A DNA stretch of 64,000 nt from contig JBDRCX010000006.1 of NCBI GenBank assembly GCA_043821365.1, positions 384,001 to 448,000 on the forward strand, in the 5' to 3' direction. This DNA is from Candidatus Micrarchaeota archaeon. GTDB lineage: Archaea > Micrarchaeota > Micrarchaeia > Anstonellales > Bilamarchaeaceae. A model generated the notes under the pieces. The model was not told the DNA's origin and made no database searches. It saw only the letters and a program-made list of their open reading frames with translations. The stretch's first letter is position 1. Each line of letters begins with the position of its first letter. This document shows positions 10,384 through 19,098 of the stretch, in pieces. A program made the position numbers and the translations under genes.

Positions 10384-11089
10384 CGTTCTTCAACTCCTTT
10401 CCAATCGCTATTCCGTTATCTGTAAGTTTAAATGTTCTTACTTGGTCAGTGTGCCTTGTGTCTCTCATTTTTACTATTTCAAGTGCTCTTATCCGGTGCC
10501 TTCCATCTCTAAGATTATATGTTTGTATAATACCATCACTTAAGAATCCTGATCGCCCTCTGTGTGGGTCATTTGGCATTATTGGTGTTTCTGATGTGAC
10601 TAAAGTTGTTGCATCCCAAGCTCGTAACATTTCAAACAAACCAAGTATCGATACATTTGCCCTGTATCTTTTTTCGAATAACATTTCAAATGCTGTTAAT
10701 GAATCAACTACTATTCTTTTTGCACCAAGAGATTCTACCGTATCTCTTATTGATCCTCCGCCTTCTTCCATAATTTTAAGTACTTCGTGGGGTTCATAGC
10801 GGATTATAGTAAACATTTTTTTCTTTTCAAGTGCATCCAAATTCCATCCAAAACCATGAGCATGTTGGTGTATTTGTTGTTTTGATTCTGCAAAACTTAT
10901 CAAAACTCCTGGGTCTTTGTACTTACTTGCACCAAAATAAAGATATTGTAAACATAATGTTGTTTTGCAGGTTCCAGTGCCTCCACGTATCATTATTGCA
11001 CTATTTTTTGGCAACCCACCATTCACCATCTCATCCAGTCCATTGATGCCAGATGGGATTCTTTCTAGGATACAGGGTTTTTTTACCAT
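10370..11089 (-). CDS. KaiC/RecA-superfamily single-domain ATPase
   Basis: RIPSGINGLDEMVNGGLP, Walker A GGTGTCKTT, IVVDSLT, RALEIVKMR. First gene of the pilus locus. Confidence 0.85.
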   Translation of the reverse strand: MVKKPCILERIPSGINGLDEMVNGGLPKNSAIMIRGGTGTCKTTLCLQYLYFGASKYKDPGVLISFAESKQQIHQHAHGFGWNLDALEKKKMFTIIRYEPHEVLKIMEEGGGSIRDTVESLGAKRIVVDSLTAFEMLFEKRYRANVSILGLFEMLRAWDATTLVTSETPIMPNDPHRGRSGFLSDGIIQTYNLRDGRHRIRALEIVKMRDTRHTDQVRTFKLTDNGIAIGKELKNVAKF

Positions 11090-11180
11090 GGCATTTACTC
11101 TACATTATCTTTTATAAAAACTCGTTATTGACAAATTTTGAAACTAGTATTTATAAACATTAACAACCATAGGAGAACAC

Positions 11181-12548
11181 ATGAATCCAAAACCACCACT
11201 GTCACGTAGGTTTATTGATGTTCCAAAAATAGTTTCAGAGGGTCGTACAAGAGAATTTTTTCCAAGACTTTTACCGAACATTGAAACTATTAGAGGTACT
11301 GATTTCCCTCTTTTTGGTGCAAATGGTAGGGTGTACCTTGATTCAGGTGCTACAAGCCAAGAACCAAAAACTGTTATGGAACGTATGATGAATTATCGTA
11401 CTAGTACTATTAGAGGGAGTAATCACTCGAAAATGTCTGTTGAAGCACGAAGAGCGCAAGAAGAATATGAAAATGCCAAATCAAAGCTTCGAAGATTCTT
11501 TGAAGCTAATAATTATCATATAGTGTTTACCAGTGGTACAACTGGTTCATCAAATCTTCTTGCAACTCGTTTTGCATATGATAGGGACACTGTTGTTCTT
11601 ATGACTGGGGCAGAACACAATTCACAAATCGTTACAGCTAGGAATTTTGCATCTGCTTCTGGGGTTAGGTATGGTTATGTGCCAGTTTCATTAGATGGAC
11701 GTATGGACATTGATAAATTAAGATACGTTACCCGACAACATACTGGTACTATACTGCTTAATCTTGTTCATGTTTCAAATGTAACCGGCGTAGTAAATGA
11801 TGTTGAAATGATCCGAAAAGCAGTTGGAGATAGAGTTTTTATATATCTTGATATGGCACAATCTGCTGGCCATATACCAATTGATCTTGATTCTCTAGGT
11901 GTTGATTTTGCTGGGGTCTCTGCACATAAAATGTATGGACCAACTGGTATTGGAGCGTTTTTTGTAAGTGAAAGAGGAGAACGCCATCTAACTAATTTAG
12001 TGAGTGGTGGCAGTGCAGTAAATTTGGTTTCAGAAAATGTAATTGCTTATGCTAATAGCCCTGAACGTTTTGAACCAGGCACACAAAACATAGAAGGAGC
12101 TATAGAATGGGGCTATGCACTTGATTATTTATCTTATATTGGAATGGTAAAAATTGCAGCTCATGATGAAGAACTCGGTGAATACTTTGGTCAAGAATTA
12201 GCTAAGATTGGAGGTCTTATTCTACATTCGCCAAATACTACAGAAGGCCGTGTTCCAATTTTTGTCTTCAACATGCGATCTCTTCACTATACTGATCTTG
12301 CAAAAGAACTAGACGATCGCGGTATTAGTGTTAGGGATGGTTGTTTTTGTGCTCATTTGCTCATGTCAAGATTATTGGGCAAACCACCAGAAGTTATGGA
12401 TTTAATGGCTTCATTATTCGCTGCAACTGGTGGAGATCCAAGCATGCTTCCAGGGGCTGTTCGTGCTTCATTTGCATTTTACAATAATCTTCAAGACGCA
12501 CATAAAGCAGTTATGACGATTAATGCCATTGCGGAGAGATATTGGTAG
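11181..12548 (+). CDS. Class V PLP aminotransferase / SufS-like cysteine desulfurase
   Basis: YLDSGATSQ, SAHKMYGPTG (PLP lysine), RDGCFCAH, VRASFAFYN. Confidence 0.85.
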   Translation: MNPKPPLSRRFIDVPKIVSEGRTREFFPRLLPNIETIRGTDFPLFGANGRVYLDSGATSQEPKTVMERMMNYRTSTIRGSNHSKMSVEARRAQEEYENAKSKLRRFFEANNYHIVFTSGTTGSSNLLATRFAYDRDTVVLMTGAEHNSQIVTARNFASASGVRYGYVPVSLDGRMDIDKLRYVTRQHTGTILLNLVHVSNVTGVVNDVEMIRKAVGDRVFIYLDMAQSAGHIPIDLDSLGVDFAGVSAHKMYGPTGIGAFFVSERGERHLTNLVSGGSAVNLVSENVIAYANSPERFEPGTQNIEGAIEWGYALDYLSYIGMVKIAAHDEELGEYFGQELAKIGGLILHSPNTTEGRVPIFVFNMRSLHYTDLAKELDDRGISVRDGCFCAHLLMSRLLGKPPEVMDLMASLFAATGGDPSMLPGAVRASFAFYNNLQDAHKAVMTINAIAERYW

Positions 12549-12606
12549 TATTTAAAAATTCTCCCTTGTACATTATTTCAATACTTGTTCTCCCGAAGTG
12601 ATTTTG

Positions 12607-13233
12607 ATGGATAATCAAAAAGAAGCTATACAGACCGGTACTACGACAGTCGGTTTGGTATGTAAAGATGGTGTCGTTTTAGCCAGTGACCGAAGAGCCA
12701 CAATGGGGTATCTTATTGCAAGCAAAGATATTGATAAAGTCTATCAAGTTTCTGATCGTATTGCAATGACTATTGCAGGTGGAGTCGGTGATGCACAAAC
12801 ATTAATCAGATGGATGACTGCAGAACTTAAACTCTATGAACTTAAGAATGAAAAACCAGCAACAGTTGAAGCAGCAGCCACATTATTGGCAAACATACTC
12901 ACACAATATAAGTTCTATCCATTTTTTGTCCAACTGCTTATCGGTGGTATGGATGAAAGACCAAGGCTTTTTTCAGTTGATATGCTTGGTGGTGTTACTG
13001 AAGAAAAATTAACATCAACTGGAAGTGGTTCTCCTATTGCCTATGGTGTTTTGGAAGAACTTTATAGAGAGGATAAAGATATTCACTCAAACCTTACCAT
13101 TGCTGCAAAAGCAGTAAGTGCAGCTATGAAAAGAGATGCTGCAAGCGGTGAACGTGTTGATTTGACGATGGTAACAAAAACAGGTTTCACGAGATTATCA
13201 AAAGACGAAGTCTCAAAACTTCTAAATGCATAA
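12607..13233 (+). CDS. psmB: Proteasome beta subunit
   Basis: TG/TTTVGLVCKDGVVLASDRRAT propeptide cleavage site and Ntn-hydrolase motifs. Adjacent to aCPSF1, as is usual in archaea. Confidence 0.95.
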   Translation: MDNQKEAIQTGTTTVGLVCKDGVVLASDRRATMGYLIASKDIDKVYQVSDRIAMTIAGGVGDAQTLIRWMTAELKLYELKNEKPATVEAAATLLANILTQYKFYPFFVQLLIGGMDERPRLFSVDMLGGVTEEKLTSTGSGSPIAYGVLEELYREDKDIHSNLTIAAKAVSAAMKRDAASGERVDLTMVTKTGFTRLSKDEVSKLLNA

Positions 13234-13311
13234 TTTTTTTGTTTTTTAATTTATCTGTCTTTTCATTACTTCCAAGTAATCTATATAAAATAAAAAATCA
13301 GAGGTGTTTCA

Positions 13312-15207
13312 TTGCACTACAAAGACATTGTAAAAAGAATAAGCGAAATAATGCCTCCTCAATGTGAGGTTACAAAAGTTGAACCAGAAGGTCTATCTAC
13401 AGTCATATATATAAAAAATATAAATGCTTTTTATTCAAATGATCGTTTGATAAAAGAACTAGCCAGTGCACTTAAGAAAAAGGTAACGATAAGAGTTGAC
13501 CCAACTGAACTTACTGAAATTAGTGAAGCGAAATCAATCATCGAATCAACTGTTCCAAAAGAAGCAGATATCAAGAACATAACATTTGTTCCTGAAATGT
13601 GCGAAGTACGTATAGAAGCAATAAAACCAGGGCTTGTTATTGGTAAAGGGGGATCAGTACTCAAAGAAATTATGCTCAAAACAAGATGGGCACCAGTTAC
13701 ATTGCGTTCGCCTACCATGCCTTCAGCAACAATTGATGGTATCCGTAAGATCAATGTTCTTGAGGCTCCAGAACGCAAAAAATTCTTAGTTAATATTGGT
13801 AAAAAAATCTGCCAGCCAACTCCTGCAGGTGATTGGATAAGAATAATGGCTCTTGGTGGTTTTAGGGAAATCGGTCGTTCATGTTTACTTGTACAGACTC
13901 CAAACAGCAAAGTTTTGCTTGATGTTGGTGTAAACACTGCAACATCAGATCCAACTCGCGCCTATCCATATTTGAATATGGCAGGGTTTTCTCTTGAAGA
14001 AATTGATGCTGTAGTGATAAGCCATGGGCATATGGATCACATGGGCTTTTTACCCTATTTGTATGCCTATGGGTATAATGGCCCCGTCTATTGCACTCCT
14101 CCAACAAGAGACTTCATGGTGCTTTTACAACAAGATTATCTTAATTTGTGCAAAAAAGCATTCAATGTCGATGCACCATATACAAAAAAAGACATTTACA
14201 AGGAACTTCGAAATGTGATAACTGTTGATTATGAAGAAGTAGTTGACATTACCCCCGAAATCAAAATGACCCTCTACAATGCAGGTCATATATTGGGCAG
14301 TGCAAGTATACATCTTCATATCGGAGAGGGTGCACACAATCTTGTTTATTCTGGTGATATTAAATTTGGTTTTACAAGACTGTTCGATCCTGCAACAACT
14401 CATTTCCCAAGGCTTGAAACATTGCTTATTGAAAGTACATATGGGGGCAGAAATGACATTTCAGTAAACAGATTTGATAGTGAAACAAAATTATTCAATA
14501 TAATAAAGGAAACAATTGCAAAAAGGGGAAAAGTTCTTATTCCTGTTTTTGCTGTTGGTAGATCTCAGGAAATTATGCTTGTTCTTGAGGATCTTGTAAG
14601 GAGAGAACCAGATTTCAACATACCAATTTATATCGACGGTATGATTCTTGAAGCATCTGCAATACACACTGCATATCCAGAATATTTAAGAGAACAACTC
14701 CAGCGCAGAATTCTCTCTGACCGCAGTCCTTTTGAGTCTCCACTGATAAAAGTTGCAAAAGGAACATCCAAAGAGGAAATTGTTAATGGAGAACCAGCAA
14801 TCATTCTTGCCCCATCAGGTATGCTTACTGGTGGTCCTTCATACGAATACCTTAAGCTCATGTCTGACAATCCAAACAATACTCTTGTTTTTGTTGGTTA
14901 TCAAAGTGCACTTTCATTAGGTAGCAAAATACAACAGGGAATGAAAGAATTACCTATTCTTGGGGACGATGGTAAGATGAAGACATTGAAAATCAATATG
15001 CGTGTTGAAACTGCAGAAGGGTTTTCAGGACATAGTGATCGGGCCCAACTTATGGCATATCTTAAAAATCTTCGTCCAACTCCTGAAAGAATAATGACAA
15101 TGCACGGAGATTGGGGTAAAACTGAAGAATTTGCCCGTTCAATTGGCATGATGCTGAGAAAGGATTCGAGGGCTCTTGCTGATCTTGAAGCAACTAGGCT
15201 AAAGTGA
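13312..15207 (+). CDS. fttA: aCPSF1/FttA KH-domain beta-CASP ribonuclease (transcription termination factor)
   Basis: N-terminal KH domains (PGLVIGKGG), SHGHMDH MBL motif, AGHILGSA, FSGHSDR. TTG start with an AGAGGTG RBS. Confidence 0.93.
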   Translation: MHYKDIVKRISEIMPPQCEVTKVEPEGLSTVIYIKNINAFYSNDRLIKELASALKKKVTIRVDPTELTEISEAKSIIESTVPKEADIKNITFVPEMCEVRIEAIKPGLVIGKGGSVLKEIMLKTRWAPVTLRSPTMPSATIDGIRKINVLEAPERKKFLVNIGKKICQPTPAGDWIRIMALGGFREIGRSCLLVQTPNSKVLLDVGVNTATSDPTRAYPYLNMAGFSLEEIDAVVISHGHMDHMGFLPYLYAYGYNGPVYCTPPTRDFMVLLQQDYLNLCKKAFNVDAPYTKKDIYKELRNVITVDYEEVVDITPEIKMTLYNAGHILGSASIHLHIGEGAHNLVYSGDIKFGFTRLFDPATTHFPRLETLLIESTYGGRNDISVNRFDSETKLFNIIKETIAKRGKVLIPVFAVGRSQEIMLVLEDLVRREPDFNIPIYIDGMILEASAIHTAYPEYLREQLQRRILSDRSPFESPLIKVAKGTSKEEIVNGEPAIILAPSGMLTGGPSYEYLKLMSDNPNNTLVFVGYQSALSLGSKIQQGMKELPILGDDGKMKTLKINMRVETAEGFSGHSDRAQLMAYLKNLRPTPERIMTMHGDWGKTEEFARSIGMMLRKDSRALADLEATRLK

Positions 15208-15242
15208 AAAGAAACCAAGGTTTCCTTTCTAACCTTCCTTTG

Positions 15243-16238
15243 CTATTCTAACATTATTCCTTCTTTTATTTCAATTAATCTTCCTAATGCTTCATCAAGA
15301 GTTTCAACTTCTATAGCTTTGATTCCAATGCTTTTTGGAGTCACATTTAGGTTTGTTTCTATTTCTTTTACTGCTATTATGGGTATTTTCTTTTTCATGG
15401 ACTCAAATACTGGTATCCCACCGCATGCAGAATGTGGAATGACAAGCGCAGAAACATCTTCAATTCCAATTCCTTTTTTAGATATTTTAGGTGCTCTGGA
15501 AAGTCCAATTAACACGCAACCTAAGTAAGCAGGGGATATTGCTTCTTCACCTGCTCTCCAATAAACTACTTCATCTTTGAGATTCAGTTTCCAATCTTTT
15601 TCAGAAACAAGAGGAGCATGCGCAGCTGGCATCTTGTATTTCTTTACTACATAATGGGAAACAACGGCTTCCAGTGCACCGACTGGGTTTGGTAGTTTTC
15701 CTTTGTAATATTCTTCCCATAGCTTAGGATCAGAATCTATCTGGATGCTGAGTGCTATGCTTTGTGCTCCTTTTGCAATTAATTTTTTGATTGGTTTGTC
15801 GAATTGTGTTAGGTCTTTTATGCTGCCATAGGCAACTCCATTTTTTATTATTGCTTCAGCACCAACTTTTTTCCCTGTCATTTCAATTCCAACAACATTT
15901 ATGCCGCCATCTGCATGCAATCCATTCACTGTATTTTTTAGTAATGCCATTGCACCTTTATCATCATTTTTTTCAACTACAACGCCTATTCTGTTTCCTT
16001 TTGACGGATCTAATTTTATCTCTCCTCGAAAAAACATATCAAAAAGAGTTCCTTCAGTATACACAATATTCTCTCTCATAAGATTGAGGACGCCACCATT
16101 TACTACATTTGGATGTGTTATTGTATAATCTGAAATAGAAGCTATCAGATTTGCAAATGGTGTGGCATCACCTAAGTATCCACCTACCGAAGCCTTTATT
16201 CCAGTTGGAATCATTAATGTGGTTATGAATGCGCACAT
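15243..16238 (-). CDS. DUF3326-family protein
   Basis: MIPTGIKASVGGYLGDA...ITHPNVVNGG and GALEAVVSH...PAAHAP resemble DUF3326 as I recall it. Confidence 0.7.
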   Translation of the reverse strand: MCAFITTLMIPTGIKASVGGYLGDATPFANLIASISDYTITHPNVVNGGVLNLMRENIVYTEGTLFDMFFRGEIKLDPSKGNRIGVVVEKNDDKGAMALLKNTVNGLHADGGINVVGIEMTGKKVGAEAIIKNGVAYGSIKDLTQFDKPIKKLIAKGAQSIALSIQIDSDPKLWEEYYKGKLPNPVGALEAVVSHYVVKKYKMPAAHAPLVSEKDWKLNLKDEVVYWRAGEEAISPAYLGCVLIGLSRAPKISKKGIGIEDVSALVIPHSACGGIPVFESMKKKIPIIAVKEIETNLNVTPKSIGIKAIEVETLDEALGRLIEIKEGIMLE

Positions 16239-16372
16239 AGTATCGTTACTCCATTTTTCTCAACTCTGATTACACCACTGCGAAGACATTTCATTTTTTT
16301 CATTGCTTTATCTATTGTTTTCCAGTTTTTTGATTTTACAAATATGAAATCTGTTTTTGCTTTTTTACCCAT
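16223..16372 (-). CDS. Small basic hypothetical protein (49 aa), not in the ORF track
   Basis: MGKKAKTDFIFVKSKNWKTIDKAMKKMKCLRSGVIRVEKNGVTILCAHS. RBS GGGTGA and a TATA-like TATATAAA upstream; it overlaps the start of the DUF3326 gene. Confidence 0.6.
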   Translation of the reverse strand: MGKKAKTDFIFVKSKNWKTIDKAMKKMKCLRSGVIRVEKNGVTILCAHS

Positions 16373-16469
16373 GATTTGTTCACCCAGTGTGGCTTTTTAT
16401 ATACTTAACGCAATTCAAGAAGCTTTAAAAGACTTTTTACGTTATACCTTCAATTCTTAGGTAGATACT

Positions 16470-16553
16470 ATGAAACCATTGTCCATAGACGAAGAAGATT
16501 TTGATGAGGACGACGATTTCGAAGAAGATGAATGGGGCGAAGAGGATGATTGA
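16470..16553 (+). CDS. Ultra-acidic micropeptide 1 (27 aa)
   Basis: MKPLSIDEEDFDEDDDFEEDEWGEEDD. AGGT-type RBS; paralogous to the next two ORFs. Confidence 0.7.
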   Translation: MKPLSIDEEDFDEDDDFEEDEWGEEDD

Positions 16554-16554
16554 T

Positions 16555-16638
16555 ATGATATTTAAAATCGATGAAGAAGACGATTTTGATGAAAATGATG
16601 ATTCAGAAGATGAATGGACAGACGAGGAAGATGATTAA
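16555..16638 (+). CDS. Ultra-acidic micropeptide 2 (27 aa)
   Basis: MIFKIDEEDDFDENDDSEDEWTDEEDD. The ATG is 1 nt after the previous stop, with GGATGA upstream. Confidence 0.7.
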   Translation: MIFKIDEEDDFDENDDSEDEWTDEEDD

Positions 16639-16715
16639 TGCGTCCCTTATCCATTGATGAAGAAGAAGACCTAGATGATGATTTCGAAGATGAAGATTGG
16701 GGCGAGGAAGATTAA
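16638..16715 (+). CDS. Ultra-acidic micropeptide 3 (25 aa)
   Basis: MRPLSIDEEEDLDDDFEDEDWGEED. TAATG overlap with the previous stop; followed by a T-rich terminator-like tract. Confidence 0.7.
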   Translation: MRPLSIDEEEDLDDDFEDEDWGEED

Positions 16716-16787
16716 TTTTTATTTTTTCTAATGTTTTTAAACCTCTCTTAGGATAATATAACCTATTCTTGAGTGTTTCTCAGGTGT

Positions 16788-16990
16788 GGGCCCGTAGCTC
16801 AGTGCGGTTTTTTGGAAAAAAAAGCGCGAGTAGCTTGGATAGAGCGGCAGCCTTCTAACTTAAGGAAAAGATAAATGGCCAGTTTTGGTTCAACATTTTC
16901 CTAAAAGGTTGAAAGCTGTAGGCCAGGGGTTCAAAAGCTTTGCGCTGGCGCGCAAAATTTGCCAGCAAGCTGACAATCCCCTCGGGCCCG
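16788..16990 (+). tRNA. tRNA-Arg(UCU) with three introns (15/16: 16803-16833; 37/38: 16858-16913; 59/60: 16936-16976)
   Basis: Removing the three BHB-like introns leaves a 75-nt cloverleaf: GGGCCCG/CGGGCCC acceptor stem, anticodon TCT at 16854-16856, Arg identity elements A20 and G73, TTCAAAT T-loop. Confidence 0.93.
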
Positions 16991-17002
16991 TTTTGGTTTG
17001 TT

Positions 17003-17022
17003 TGTGGAACCAAGGTTCCACA
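17003..17022 (+). terminator. Hairpin TGTGGAACC-AA-GGTTCCACA downstream of the tRNA
   Basis: Perfect 9-bp inverted repeat after a T-rich tract. Confidence 0.4.
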
Positions 17023-17075
17023 CCTCATTTTATTTATTGGGAGTAGACTAATTACAAGAACCAAAGATCAAAAAT

Positions 17076-17666
17076 CTAACTCATCACATCAGATAAAATT
17101 TGATATGCTCTTGCAGTGTCTGCTTGTTTTACCACTAATATTGTATCAGTGTAGCACGAAATAAATTCAACTATATTTATTCCTTCTGAAGCAAGTGCAC
17201 TCAGAATATGGGATATTACACCAGGAACTTCTTCAAGATCTTCTGGACTTTCTATTGTTATTAAATTAAGATTTTCTTCGCTTTTCCAAATCATCTTTTT
17301 CGGAATTTTTTCAAAATCTTTTTGTTCAAGTATATAAGTCACATGCCTACCAGATTTTGCATGGGAAAGTGGTTTTAGTTCATCAATCTCTTTTTTTGTT
17401 ATGGCGACAACTACTTTATTTTTTATTATCATCGAACTCTTTTTCAAGACATTCAATATTCTTCCTTCCAAATCATCCTGCATTTTTTCTATTCTTTTAC
17501 TGCTTCTGATGAGTGCCATTTTTATTGCATCTTCATTCTCACTGCCTATGTCGTCAGCTATTTTTCTGGCCAGTGAAGAATAATTGACAATCCCAGCACG
17601 AATAATATCTTTGAGAAAAGGGCGTTGCTTTAAGTATAACCAAACCAACTCAGATGTACTTGTCAT
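17076..17666 (-). CDS. ACT-domain protein with N-terminal HTH-like segment (putative amino-acid-responsive regulator)
   Basis: VNYSSLARKI helix-turn-helix-like segment; C-terminal ACT PGVISHILSALASEGINIVEFISCYTD. Confidence 0.72.
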   Translation of the reverse strand: MTSTSELVWLYLKQRPFLKDIIRAGIVNYSSLARKIADDIGSENEDAIKMALIRSSKRIEKMQDDLEGRILNVLKKSSMIIKNKVVVAITKKEIDELKPLSHAKSGRHVTYILEQKDFEKIPKKMIWKSEENLNLITIESPEDLEEVPGVISHILSALASEGINIVEFISCYTDTILVVKQADTARAYQILSDVMS

Positions 17667-17748
17667 AGTTCTATTTGGAACAAGTATGTCTATAAATGTA
17701 ACATCTGTCGCGTAATATTTAAATATGAATTTTTACCCACACTCTACC

Positions 17749-19098
17749 ATGAAAGATGCACTAATAAAATTTCTCACTAGTTTAGGTCTTCAAAATGAGC
17801 TTGAACTTTACCTACGCTTGTTCAAGCAAGTGCAACCACACAAATTCGCAGTTGTAAAAATAAGTGGAGCTACACTTTCAGAAAAAATGGATACAGTTGC
17901 AGAAGATCTTGCGTTTCTTTCCAAGTTAGGTCTTTGTCCAATAGTTATTCACGGTGGCGGCAAACCGATAGATGAAGCTCTTAATAAAAAAGGATTAGAA
18001 ATCAAAAAAGTCAATGGTATGCGTATTACTAATAAGGAAGTAATGCTTGTAACCTCTAAAGTTCTAAATAAACTCACAAATCAACTCGTTTCTCTTATTA
18101 ACAAGAAAGGCGGTCATGCTTTGAATATCAATGATTTTGGCATGATTAAACTCAAAAAAAGTGGATCGGTTGGTGGGGTTGACCTTGGCCTTGTAGCAGA
18201 AATAACTGACATAAATATAAATAAGTTTAAGGAATTGTGCGATTTCGGGTATATGCCTGTTCTAGCATCCATGGGTAATATTGATGGCACTTCATTCAAT
18301 GTCAATGCTGATATTCTTGCAAATGCCATTGTCAAAAAAACCAGACCAAAGAAATTTATCCTACTTACTGATACTGGTGGAATATTGGATAAACAAGGGC
18401 AAATAATTTCAGTTATTGATGTTCAATATGATCTTGAACAATTGGTCAATGGAAAGATTATCAGCGATGGCATGCTTTTAAAAGTGCGAGAAATAAAAAA
18501 ACTTCTCCAATTTGTTCCGGATACTGTAGTGGAAATCTGTTCACCTGAAAATCTTCTAAAAGAACTTTTTACTGTCAAAGGAAGTGGGACATTTGTTCGC
18601 TATGGTGGCAATTTTTTGGTCAAGAATAACTTTAAGGAACTGAATACAAAAAAGATCCAGAAGCTTTTGGTAGATAGCTTCTGCAAGGTTCTTAGTGACG
18701 ATTACTTTGACCAACCTATTGATCTTGTAATAGCTGATAAGGATTATTCAGCTGTTGCAATAATAAAGAAAATCTCGGGGCAGCCCTATTTGGATAAATT
18801 TGCAGTTTCAAAAAATGCACAGGGAAATGGTCTTGGCAAAACCGTTTGGTCTATTGTCAAAAAACACTATCCTTCGCTGATATGGCGTTCAAGTTTGGAC
18901 AATCCTATAAATAGCTGGTACTTCAAGAATGCAGATGGAGTTCATAAGAGTGATAAGTGGGCTATTTTTTGGTATAATCTACAACCTTCAACAGTACTGA
19001 TTCAAACAATTTCTAACATAGTTCCTACGTTGGTGAAAAAATGCGATGTGTTTTTTCTGAACCAAAACAACAATTTTGATATGGTGAAAAAATGTTAA
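17749..19098 (+). CDS. argB: Acetylglutamate kinase fused to a DUF619/NAT domain (NAGS/K-type)
   Basis: AVVKISG, IHGGG and NVNAD kinase motifs. C-terminal YLDKFAV..QGNGLG..LIWRS..NPINSWYF NAT domain. The start is placed at 17749 because a TATA box abuts the ATG at 17725. Confidence 0.85.
   Translation: MKDALIKFLTSLGLQNELELYLRLFKQVQPHKFAVVKISGATLSEKMDTVAEDLAFLSKLGLCPIVIHGGGKPIDEALNKKGLEIKKVNGMRITNKEVMLVTSKVLNKLTNQLVSLINKKGGHALNINDFGMIKLKKSGSVGGVDLGLVAEITDININKFKELCDFGYMPVLASMGNIDGTSFNVNADILANAIVKKTRPKKFILLTDTGGILDKQGQIISVIDVQYDLEQLVNGKIISDGMLLKVREIKKLLQFVPDTVVEICSPENLLKELFTVKGSGTFVRYGGNFLVKNNFKELNTKKIQKLLVDSFCKVLSDDYFDQPIDLVIADKDYSAVAIIKKISGQPYLDKFAVSKNAQGNGLGKTVWSIVKKHYPSLIWRSSLDNPINSWYFKNADGVHKSDKWAIFWYNLQPSTVLIQTISNIVPTLVKKCDVFFLNQNNNFDMVKKC

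Noticed and set aside
16470-16715. The ~84-bp tandem units read as a CRISPR array or as one frameshifted protein
   Set aside because: There are no identical repeats with unique spacers and no cas genes. Each unit has its own start, stop and RBS-like sequence.
16847-16920. Alternative splicing of the Arg(UCU) anticodon intron to give a UGA (Ser) anticodon
   Set aside because: The body has a short variable loop, A20 and G73 (Arg identity), and the BHB geometry fits only 37/38.
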